From: Malassezia furfur
Lineage: Eukaryota
Assembly (NCBI GenBank): GCA_052055015.1
Contig: JBQJIT010000007.1
Strand: one strand, 5' to 3'
DNA: 64,000 nucleotides
Positions 47,529-57,200 of this stretch are shown piece after piece (positions within the stretch are counted from its first letter, which is position 1; the number at the start of each line of letters is the position of its first letter). A program made the position numbers and the translations under genes. The notes below the pieces were generated by a model. That model was given only the letters and a program-made list of their open reading frames with translations, ran no database searches and was not told the origin of the DNA.

Positions 47529-48992
47529 ATGTTGGCAGCACGAGCCGGCCTCTTGCGCGTGGCGGCACGCATGTCTGTGCGCCCACGCATGCCTGTGCGT
47601 GTGCTCAGCAGCGCCACGACGAACAACGACGAGGGAAAGGGAGCACTCCTGCGTGTCCTAGCCGACTCCATCAAGGCGAACGGACCCATGACAGTGCCAA
47701 CGTACATGCAGGCGTGCCTGACGAACCCAGACCACGGCTACTACGCCGGCAAGCTTCAGCAAGATACGCACGGCATTCTTGGTTCTGGAGGTGACTTTAT
47801 TACGAGCCCTGAAATTAGCCAGGTGTTTGGCGAGCTGCTCGCCGTGTTCTTCGTGTCACGGTGGCAGGCCGCAGGGTCGCCGGAGCGCATTCGCATCGTG
47901 GAGCTCGGGCCGGGCCGCGGCACACTCCTGAGCGATATGCTGCGCACGTTTTCCGCGTTCCCCCAAATGTTCAATGCAATCAAGACACTCGAGATGGTGG
48001 AGGCATCGCCGGCTCTGCTGGCGCAACAGGAGCAGAGTATCTCCACGGCGCTCCGTCGTGCGAACAAAAAGATTGTGTCGCCGGCGACACCCGTTGCTGA
48101 ACTCGAGGCGGATCAAATCCGGGCTGAGTGGTTCCCGTCGTACCACGGCGTGAACGTCGACCCCGAGTCGTGGACGATTGTGATTGCGCACGAATTCTTC
48201 GACGCGCTTCCGATCCACATCTTTGAAAAGAAGCTCGAAGGCTGGCGTGAAGTGCTCGTGGACGTCGACCATGGTGAGAAGCCCAACGTAACGGTGCTCA
48301 AAGCTGCAGATCTTTTGAAAGAGAAGCAACCGAACACGGAGCCCAAGCTGCGCTTTGTCGTCTCGCCAGGCGCCACGCCTTGGTCGCAGCTGCTCGCCGC
48401 TCGGAACGAGCGGTTCAAGCACTTCCAACCCGGCCAGCGTGTCGAGGTGAGCCCGGTGAGCTGGGCCGTGGCGCGGCGCATGGGTGAATGGATTTCGGGC
48501 TACGACGCTTTGCGTGTGAACAACGAAGGGGGCACGGAGGAGCCCAGCGAGGAGCTACGCCGTGCGCGCGCGTCTCCGTCGCTTGGCGGGTGCGGTCTGG
48601 TGGTCGACTATGGTGCGGCGCGCTTCTTTAGCGAGAGTTTCCGTGCGTTCCGCCAGCACAAGATTGTCAACCCGCTGGAGTTGCCTGGCCAATCGGACCT
48701 GACAGCAAACGTCGATTTCTCCTTCCTGAGCCATGCTATCAGCACAACCGATGCACGCAGCTACGGTCCCATGACGCAGCGTGAGTTCCTCGCCGGCCTC
48801 GGCCTGAACCTCCGCGTGAAGAAGCTCGTGGAGGACAATTCTGCGGACCGGACCAAGGACATTGAGCAAGCCGCGGCGCGTCTGGTTGATGCGACGGGGA
48901 TGGGCACGCAGTACAAGGTGATGTGCGTCTCTGCAGAGCGCGCCGAGCACGCAGGCGAGCGTGAGCCCGAGGAGATCTATCCGTTCCTGTAG
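47529..48992 (+). CDS. NDUFAF7: Mitochondrial complex I assembly methyltransferase NDUFAF7/MidA
   Basis: Arg-rich presequence; motifs GDFITSPEISQVFGE, VELGPGRG, AHEFFDALP and PGQSDLTANVDF. Confidence 0.92.
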   Translation: MLAARAGLLRVAARMSVRPRMPVRVLSSATTNNDEGKGALLRVLADSIKANGPMTVPTYMQACLTNPDHGYYAGKLQQDTHGILGSGGDFITSPEISQVFGELLAVFFVSRWQAAGSPERIRIVELGPGRGTLLSDMLRTFSAFPQMFNAIKTLEMVEASPALLAQQEQSISTALRRANKKIVSPATPVAELEADQIRAEWFPSYHGVNVDPESWTIVIAHEFFDALPIHIFEKKLEGWREVLVDVDHGEKPNVTVLKAADLLKEKQPNTEPKLRFVVSPGATPWSQLLAARNERFKHFQPGQRVEVSPVSWAVARRMGEWISGYDALRVNNEGGTEEPSEELRRARASPSLGGCGLVVDYGAARFFSESFRAFRQHKIVNPLELPGQSDLTANVDFSFLSHAISTTDARSYGPMTQREFLAGLGLNLRVKKLVEDNSADRTKDIEQAAARLVDATGMGTQYKVMCVSAERAEHAGEREPEEIYPFL

Positions 48993-49046
48993 CGATCATA
49001 GGGTACCACATGGGTGCACTTTTGCCCTCCTACACTATTGTATCGA

Positions 49047-50543
49047 CTATGCCTCAGCGGTGGGCGTCTCAGCAGCGTGCGTCTCAGCAGCAGGCGCCTC
49101 CGGCTCGGGCGTAGCGGACTTGTTGCCGCTCTTGCGACGTGCGTCGCCATTCGCCTGCGCCGGGTGTGCACGGCGGTCCATGGCCTGCGTGAGCGCCGAG
49201 GTACGGAAGGTGATCCCCCGCGTCTTGTCGATCACCGACTGGTATACGATCGGACGCGGCTGGTTCATGCGCACGACACCCTCCTTGAAGTCGATCTTGC
49301 TGTCGGTCTTGGACTCGGAAATGACCTTCACGATCCATTTCTCGCCCTCCTCCTTGGACAAGTTAAGGCGCTTGGACAGGTCCGCAATGTCCACGTTTTG
49401 GTGGATACGGCAATACACCTCGCTCACCAAGAAGCGCGCGTTCTCCACGAACTCGTCCGCGTGCTCCTGGAGGAAGAAGTCCTGCTTGGCCACCTGCTCG
49501 GCCTTGGCCAGCTCCTCGTGCGCGCGGTCAAAGTCGAGCTCAAGGTAGAGGTGGTGGAAGAAGTCGACAAACGGATCCGGGTCGCGGCGGTACGACTCCA
49601 TCTGGATCGCCTTCGACAGCTCACGCAGTGCGGCCTGCGTCGACATCTTGTTCGTTCCGCTACTCTGTTGCCCCGTTGGGTTGCTGCTGGTCTCCAGGAC
49701 GTATCCACGCGATACCTGCCGCCGGGTAATGACGAGCGCCACGACGAGGTAACGCAGGAGCCACCAGCAGGACATCTGCATGGTCGCGAGATATGCAGGA
49801 CTCATGAACAGCTCGACCAGCTTGACGCGCCCAGCAGGATGGTTGAAGAACACAAACAGGCTCCAGTGCAGCAGCCAAATGCGCTTCTGCAGGATGTCTT
49901 CGTGCGCAACTTCGTTGCCAGCGCCGGCAACCGCCGAGGTCGTCGCGCGCTGCGCATCGATGTGCTCGCGCAGCTGGCGCACATCCTCCATCGCACGCTC
50001 CCATTCGCCCGTGAGCGTGTCACAGGCGAGCTTGCCCCACAGCGAGGACGCAGTGAGTTTGTTGTCGGTCGCCAGCACGCAATAGTGGTATAGGTACGAC
50101 GATGCCTCCTTGTAGTTGCCGCAGGAGAATTGGAAATAACCGTAGCGGAACAGCGCATCAATCTGGTCCAGGGTCAGCTTGTAGTTCTGCTGGAGCCACT
50201 CGAGGTTGTGCGCCTTGTCCTGCTTCAGCGCCTGCGCGACGTTAGGGTCCTCGATCACCGAGAGCACCTTTTCGGACTCCTTCTCAAGAGCCGCGTTCTT
50301 TTCCGCGAGCTGCTCACGACGCTCAAGCAGCTCCTTGGGCTCGGCCTCGCTCGGGAATGCCTGCTTGTGGAACTGGAGCGAGTACTCGACCATATTCGTG
50401 TGCCTCGCAAGCTCATATTGTGCCTTGGCGAGGTCGCTCGCATCGAACAGGTTCGTCGAGCTCAGATGCGACAGCAGAGGGAACCCAAGATGGGGGTCCA
50501 AGTACGCAAGAAGTTTTTGCGTCAAGTCGTACTGTGCCGTCAT
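49047..50543 (-). CDS. INT6: Translation initiation factor eIF3 subunit e (Int6)
   Basis: Motifs YDLT..L..YLDPHL.FPLL, SLWGKLA and RIWLLHWSLFVFFN; PCI domain ARFLVSEVYCRIH. Confidence 0.95.
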   Translation of the reverse strand: MTAQYDLTQKLLAYLDPHLGFPLLSHLSSTNLFDASDLAKAQYELARHTNMVEYSLQFHKQAFPSEAEPKELLERREQLAEKNAALEKESEKVLSVIEDPNVAQALKQDKAHNLEWLQQNYKLTLDQIDALFRYGYFQFSCGNYKEASSYLYHYCVLATDNKLTASSLWGKLACDTLTGEWERAMEDVRQLREHIDAQRATTSAVAGAGNEVAHEDILQKRIWLLHWSLFVFFNHPAGRVKLVELFMSPAYLATMQMSCWWLLRYLVVALVITRRQVSRGYVLETSSNPTGQQSSGTNKMSTQAALRELSKAIQMESYRRDPDPFVDFFHHLYLELDFDRAHEELAKAEQVAKQDFFLQEHADEFVENARFLVSEVYCRIHQNVDIADLSKRLNLSKEEGEKWIVKVISESKTDSKIDFKEGVVRMNQPRPIVYQSVIDKTRGITFRTSALTQAMDRRAHPAQANGDARRKSGNKSATPEPEAPAAETHAAETPTAEA

Positions 50544-51075
50544 TCTCGCAGCACGCCGGTCTCGTTGCGCAAGAGACTGGGCAAAACGCGCGCCGACTTT
50601 TCTTCTAACGAGAGCAGGGGCCTACTAGGCCAAGCTCCTAACACGTGATCAGCGCCTCCGGCAGAAGGTGAGACGCTTCGCAGGCGCCGTACGCGGCTGG
50701 TCGCGCGTCAATGAGCCAAGCTCCGAAGCATAAGACACCATGCCTTGCATTTCACCGGCAGACTACTCGCTCCTGAGAGCACCATAGCCATGAGTTAATG
50801 GGGAATGCACACAAAATTCCTTATTCTCTCCGCTATGTATGCCACCAAGCCACCAAGCCTCACGAGCCTAACGCAAAAGACATGCAACGGCGTTTTAGGG
50901 GTAGCGGCATAGGGACACGTCACAGCTACCCTAGATGTACAAGTACATCACACTGGCCGCTTCGAGTAAGTAGGCTGCTGCTTGCAAATGGTAGAGAAAA
51001 CACAGGGAATATCGTCATGCTGTGTGCTTTTTTGACCACTACGTGGCTAATGTGACAGGAACAGGGTGAGCTCCA

Positions 51076-51589
51076 TTAGTGACCAGCGCGGCGCTGCTCC
51101 GCAATGACGTTGGTAAGGATCTCCATCTTACTGACAGTTAGTACACAGTGGATTCAGTTCGGTACGTACACCTTCGCCCGGCGCATGGTGCCAACGCGGC
51201 GCTTGATGAACTTGCGGGCACGCTTGTCCTGGACGTTAGACCTGTTCATGCAAACCAAGGTCGTTCCGCACGACACATAGGAAGTGTCATACGGGACGAA
51301 GTCGAACGTACCTTCGAGTTGCGAATCAGCTCCATGGCGCGGCGCTCGTAGGGAGCAAAGCCGGTGACCTCGCGCACAATGCTGCGGATGGTCTTGACGC
51401 GCTCGCTCGCGACGCCCTTCTTGTTGACGCGCCGGGCGGGCAGCACACGGCGGGTGGTGGGGTGACCACGGTTAATGCCCCAAACGATACCTGCACAATG
51501 TGTTAGCGTCTGTCTCCCGCCTGCATCGTCAAATACGCACCAGTGCGAGGGACGCCTGCCTTGTGAGCCGGGTTCGAAGAGCTGCCCAT
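51076..51589 (-). CDS. RPL36: 60S ribosomal protein L36 (eL36)
   Basis: Motifs GINRGHPTT and [28 protein letters not shown]; introns 51540-51491, 51311-51229 and 51169-51131. Confidence 0.93.
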
Positions 51590-51727
51590 CTTGATCGCTT
51601 GACGGTTAGTGTAGGAGCAGGGACGGAGCTACTCTTCGCCCCTAGACTCTGCCTGAAAAAATCACGTGATAGACTACAATTGTGTGAATGGCTTAGTCAG
51701 ACGACCGTGCGCGCTCCTCCACACACC

Positions 51728-52424
51728 ATGCCGCCGGTCGCCCGGCTCGAGGCACCGCCGACGTACGTCGTGCAGGAAGAGCACATCAAGCTCCAGTCGT
51801 CGACCCGGAACTCATTTAGCGACTTGCCGCCGCTACTTATTTCTGAGCTGGAGCATGTGCTTGTCAAGCTGCAACCCGTGCCCGCTGCGCTGAATGAGGA
51901 CGCGAAGGACGAGCTCGTGTTGGAGGGCCGCCTTTGGGTCACGGAGCAGAGTCTATCTTTTTTGCCATCTTCTGGGAAAAGCACTGGTTTTCAAATCCCA
52001 TTTCCTTCGATTGCGCTCCATGCGGTATCACGGTCCGTGCCTGACGACATTCAGGCCAAGGTCGCGGATGCGAGCGCGTATAGTACCGAGTCTTGCATCT
52101 ACTGCCAGCTCGATGACCACCCCGAGCGCGACGAGGAAGAAGAAGAGGAGGAGGCCATCTTTGAACTGTGGATTCTGGTCCGTGATTCGGACAAACGTAA
52201 GTGGCGCTGCTGATCCAGTGGAGAAATTGTTCGATGCGCTGTCACACTGTGCAGGACTGTACCCCTCGGCAAACGGCGCGGAGAGCGGAGATGCGCACCC
52301 GTTCTCCGGGATTGCGCCATTTGGTACAGGTGCCGACTCGGATGACGACGAAGAAGGCACCGAAGATGCCGAAGAGCCCGCAGTGGACAACCGGGAAACC
52401 AAAAGGGTGAGGACTGAGAACTAG
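51728..52424 (+). CDS. pICln/Lot5-like (Voldacs) Sm-assembly chaperone
   Basis: Motifs GRLWVTE, GFQIPFPSIALHAV, CIYCQL and LFDALSHCAGLYP; 22-nt intron 52197-52218. Confidence 0.85.
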
Positions 52425-52474
52425 ACGCCTCGATGCTCGGTGCAGTCCGACTTGTCGTGGGTCTGCATAGAACA

Positions 52475-53263
52475 ATGCTTACCTGGCAACAGACTCCTGA
52501 ACCATCGAATACACTCATGTTCGCCAATCTCCCACACGGATTCTTTGCCTCCGAGGAGCTGGTGGAGCAACTGCTGCACCTGCTGCAGAGCTACGGTCCT
52601 ATGGTAGACTGGACGGCCCTGCCGGCGTTTGGGCGTGGCGTCGCTGTGTTTGAGCGCGCCGACGATGCAGCGCGCGTTAAGTATGCACTTGACCATCTTC
52701 TTCTGCTGTACGAAGACGACCAAGTGCGCGTGCACACGAGCGATACGCCGATCCGAGCGAAAAACCGCGACGAGTACGTCTTCTGTGACTCATTCAGTGT
52801 ATTGCGCGTGTACTTCTGTGTACCGACGCCGCTAACGCTCCTGCCCGATGGCGACTACGTCGTGGCTCGGAGTGCCGAGGCGTATCAGCAGTACTTGGCA
52901 CCACCCGCACCCGAGCGCGAGTTTCTCATCAGCCCGCCCGGCAGTCCACCAGTTGGCTGGGAGCCACGTGAGGAGGACGGGCCAAACAAGACGACGCTGG
53001 CGCAGGACCTGATTGATGCGCTGCAAAAACTGGTGGAGGAACCCCGCACGGACTCGGCGGCGCAGGCCGACGCGGCCCCATCCACCGATCCCGTGGTGGT
53101 TGTGGAGCCGGGGACCGACGCGGCGCGACATCCTGGCCTAGTGGTGCATCATGCTGAGGATACGGGCCTGTTGCCTCCTCCGACGCAACCTATCTCTTCC
53201 ATCAAAGCAGGCGTAGATAGCCTGCACGGGCGGCCGGCACCGACGGCGCGCCCTCCTATGTAA
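52475..53263 (+). CDS. RCN1: Calcipressin (regulator of calcineurin, RCAN)
   Basis: FLISPPGSPPVGWE signature, N-terminal RRM-like region and C-terminal PTARPP; probable in-frame 24-nt intron 52774-52797. Confidence 0.92.
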   Translation: MLTWQQTPEPSNTLMFANLPHGFFASEELVEQLLHLLQSYGPMVDWTALPAFGRGVAVFERADDAARVKYALDHLLLLYEDDQVRVHTSDTPIRAKNRDEYVFCDSFSVLRVYFCVPTPLTLLPDGDYVVARSAEAYQQYLAPPAPEREFLISPPGSPPVGWEPREEDGPNKTTLAQDLIDALQKLVEEPRTDSAAQADAAPSTDPVVVVEPGTDAARHPGLVVHHAEDTGLLPPPTQPISSIKAGVDSLHGRPAPTARPPM

Positions 53264-53267
53264 ATAT

Positions 53268-54185
53268 CTATTCCTTGGACTCCTTGGACGCGACCGCGGG
53301 TGCCGTTGTCTCGGTGTCGGCCGATGGCGCCGCGGGCGTCTCCTTATGCTGTTCCTCGCTGGCCTCGTAGGCCTCAGCGGCGTACATCGGCTCCTGGTTG
53401 TTCTGCACCGGGTGCGTGCGATGGCTCGAGTTCGGGTACGCGGCACGCAGGAAGGCTGTCTCGTCCAAGTCTTCGGCGGCCTCGATGACCTCGTACATAG
53501 CCGAGGCAGCCTCAGGCGCGGGTACCTTGCCAAGCAGCAGGTCCATTGCAGGGATCGGTTGCCCGTAGAACTCGCGGTTGGCATCCTTGCGCTCCATGAG
53601 CGCTGTGCCCTCGAGCGAGATGCCAACGTACAGACCCTTGCTGCGCGAGTAGGAGAACATGGGCGCCATGTGCCCCACCGACATCATCGCGGCGCTACCC
53701 CGGCCGATCGGCCCTGCGGCTGCACTCATGTTGCCGCCAAACGCCATGTTGCCCGACAGCCCAAACGAGCGAACGGCCTCCTCTGTATTCATTACCACCA
53801 CAAACTCGGTCAGGTCTGCCCCGATCTGCCAGCCGAAGCCGACGCCGCCCGTAGCAATGCACGACGGTGCGGACCACGAGCCGTCCGGGAGGCGTGCTGT
53901 CACCACGCCGCTGCCGGCCTTGGCCGACCATCCAAACCCGGCCTTGGCAACCGTGAAGATGGCCAGGCCCTTGGCGCGCAGCAACACGCGCTTCGGGATC
54001 GAGTTCAACACAGTATCGGGGCGTGTGGGATCGGCGAGGAAGCTCCTGAGGATCTTGGCCGCTCGGTTGCACTCGCTCGGGAGGTTGAAGCCGGACTGGA
54101 ACTGAGAGGTGGCATTCTGTGCATACATGTTCGCCTGTTGCCCCGTGCGACGGGCCATCGCCTTGATCTCCTCAAAGCTCGGCAT
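53268..54185 (-). CDS. Ysc84/Lsb3-like SYLF (YAB) domain protein without SH3
   Basis: Motifs ECNRAAKILRSF, AKGLAIFTVAKAGF..S, GSWSAPS, AAGPIGR and SYSRSKGLYVGISLEG. Confidence 0.88.
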   Translation of the reverse strand: MPSFEEIKAMARRTGQQANMYAQNATSQFQSGFNLPSECNRAAKILRSFLADPTRPDTVLNSIPKRVLLRAKGLAIFTVAKAGFGWSAKAGSGVVTARLPDGSWSAPSCIATGGVGFGWQIGADLTEFVVVMNTEEAVRSFGLSGNMAFGGNMSAAAGPIGRGSAAMMSVGHMAPMFSYSRSKGLYVGISLEGTALMERKDANREFYGQPIPAMDLLLGKVPAPEAASAMYEVIEAAEDLDETAFLRAAYPNSSHRTHPVQNNQEPMYAAEAYEASEEQHKETPAAPSADTETTAPAVASKESKE

Positions 54186-54236
54186 GGTGGTAAGTGGGGA
54201 AGTGTCCCCTCCCCCCTCCACAATAACCACGCCGGC

Positions 54237-57200
54237 ATGGCGCGCAGCGGGGCGATGGGCACAGCGCCCGTGCTGCTCATGCTCACGAGCGCGGTGCTGC
54301 TGTGTTACGCGCTGCTTTCGTTTCTGGCACTGCCCCGGCTCCTAGACCTACAGCCGGGGTGCCGTATGGCATACATGCGGCCGTCTTATGTGTCGCACAA
54401 TGCGGCGCTGCGCATGCACTCACGGTCGTCGTCCCCCATGATGCACAAGTACTCGCTGCTCGAGTACCGCGAGGGCGGCGTAAAGCATGGGATCGGACGG
54501 CGCAGTGCTATGCCCGCGCTGTTCATCCCGGGCAACGCGGGCAGCTACGGACAGGTGCGCAGTCTGGCCAGCAGCGGTGCGAACCAATACTACCGGTCGA
54601 ACGTGCCTGCGAGCGGCCCCGGGCGCGACGACCCAACCGACGAATGGAAGGAGGCACCAGGACCCATTGACTGGTACGCACTCGACTTCAACGAGGACTT
54701 TTCCGCGTTCCATGGCCAAACGCTGCGCGACCAGGCGTTTTTCGTAAACGAAGCGATCCACTACCTGCGGTCGCTGTATCCGGGCCAGGACGACCAGATG
54801 CTGCGAGGTGAAGAGAAGAACGTCACAGTCGCGCTCGTCGGACACAGCATGGGCGGTATTGTGGCGCGCCTCACCCAGCGTCTGCCCAACTATGTGCCGC
54901 GCAGCGTCGACACGATCGTGACGCTCTCGACGCCGCACGCTTTCCCCCCCGTGCCCTTTGACCGCTCCGTGGAGCGCGTGTACAATATGGTGAATGACAA
55001 ATGGACGCTCCCGGAAGAGGAGCCGCTGCTGCTGTCGATCGCGGGCGGTGTGTTGGACACGCAGTTGTCGTCGGACGCCTCGTCGCTGAGCCTCGCGCAC
55101 ATCCAGGCCCCTGTGGCGCAGCTGTCGACCTTTACGACGGCGCTGGCGATGTTGTGGAGCAGCGTCGACCATCTTGCTGTGGTGTGGTGCGACCAGCTGC
55201 GGTATAAGATCGCGCGTGGGCTTCTGCTCGACTACAGGTTTTTTGGCAAGGAGTCGGAGCGCCGTGCAGAGCCCCTCGTGCGCATCGAGCGGCGCGAGAT
55301 GTGGCGCAAGCTGCTGGGTGTGTCGAACGATGCGGCGTCGCCCGAAGAGCGGCACATGGAGGCGCAGGTTGCCCAGCAGGGGCCGATGCGCCTGCGAGAT
55401 CTGTCGCCATCCATGGGACGCGACACGGAGGGCAAGGAGGGCGTACTGATGCACCAGCCTGGCGCGGAGCTGCACGCTGTGCTCACCTCGCCGGGCCCCC
55501 GCGCGACGCACGACTGGCGCGTGCAGCCAGACGAGACGCTGTCGTTTGAGTTGCTGACGAACCTGTGCGTCGGCACGAGCGCGAACCGAGGCGCGCCTGT
55601 GCAGCAGGATATCGAGCTGGTGACGCAGGTGTGCTTCCGTTCGATCCTGCCGAGCAACCCCACGCAGCTGAAAAAGGCGTACTGCCAGGTGGTGCTGCCC
55701 AACGCGTACGAGACGCTGCCCGCCTCGCCGCCGCCGCGCGACCCGAGCATCGATTCGGGCCCGTTCCCGAATGCGTCGCTGCTGTACGAGGTGCCAAGCA
55801 CCTCGATCAAGCGCCTGCACTTCAGCGCCGACTACTTGCGCGAGAACCATGTCACGTTCATTCGCCTGGAGCGCAGCCTGAATGCGGCCATGTACAGCGG
55901 CGACCACACGCTGCACCGCCAGACGCTGCTCACCTCGGGCTGGGTCGAGGAGGAAGCCATCCCGCTGCGCGGAGTCCCCTGGCTTGGCCGGCGCGCGTGG
56001 GAACTGCCAGGGACCGATGTGACGAAACTGCTCTCTTTCTTCACCTCAGACGGCCATGGGCCACGCTGGCAGTGGCTCTGGCCGGACGTCGACTCGTCGC
56101 TCGTTGCCTACGACCTTGAACTCGAGCCGGCGCCGTGTGCGCTGCGCTTCAACTATACCATGGCGCCGCGTACTGCGCCCATGCTGCGCGTCTCCAACCG
56201 CGCAACCAGGGACGCACGCACCTACCCATCCCTCGATGTCCTGTCGACCGTCCGCGTGCCTGTCGCGCTGCACGGCAGCGCTCCGTTCATGCCGCGCGCG
56301 GCACGCACGCAGCGCGGCACTTTGCTCGAGCTGTGGGTGCCCGACGACTTCCGCGGCACCGTATTTACCAGCACGTACGGTCGCACATGCCCCCTGCCGT
56401 ACCGGCGCGTGCAGCTGCGCGTCAACTGGCGCAGCAGCGCCGCACTGCTGGTGCTGCGGTACCGCTTCGCGTTGCTCATCTGGCCGGTTGCGGTGCTCGC
56501 CGCGGCACACGCGCTCTTCTTTACGGGGACCCACGCGATGCCAATCGACGCGCTGTGTGCGCTGACGACGCGCCGGACGTTCGGCATGCTCCTCGGCGCC
56601 CCCCTTCTCCTCCAAGTGGTAGCGCGTATCGCCGAGGCGCTGCACCTGCCCGGCCATTGGTACGCGGCAGGGATCGGCACAACCGATGCGCGCTTTGCGC
56701 TGCTGGGCCCCGTGCTGATGCTCGTTGCGTATGGCATGACGCTCGTCGTCGCGCTGCTCACCGAGCTTGGTTTGCACCTCGCATACGTGGGCTTGGCGCG
56801 CTTCGTCCCGCGCTGGGTGTCGAGCTGGGCGGTATCCTCAGCGCTGCCCGAGAAGTCGCTGCCCAGCCGTACGGAGATGGTGCAGTGGGCGACGCAGCGC
56901 CGCACGCTTCTCTCGGCAGGCCTGCTGGTGTCATGCTGGGTGCTGCTGCCGTACCAGGTGCTGATCCTCGCGTGCTTTTTGGTGCACTGCGCGACGCTTC
57001 TCAGCTCGTATATCGCGTGCCAAGAAGCCGAGCACCAGCCGCGGCGCATCGAGGAATGGGAGGCACGCGTTGCCCCGCACGAGACGCAACAGGTGCGCAC
57101 GATTCGCGCGCTCCAGACGCGCTATGCGCAGCACTCCTGGCTGCACCTCTTTCTCGTGTGGATGTTGCCGCTGCACCTCCCTGCGCTCGTCGTGTGGGTG

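Noticed and set aside
53346..54236. N-terminal extension of the 1629-aa ORF
   Set aside because: Antisense shadow of the Ysc84-like gene; BST1 starts at ATG 54237.
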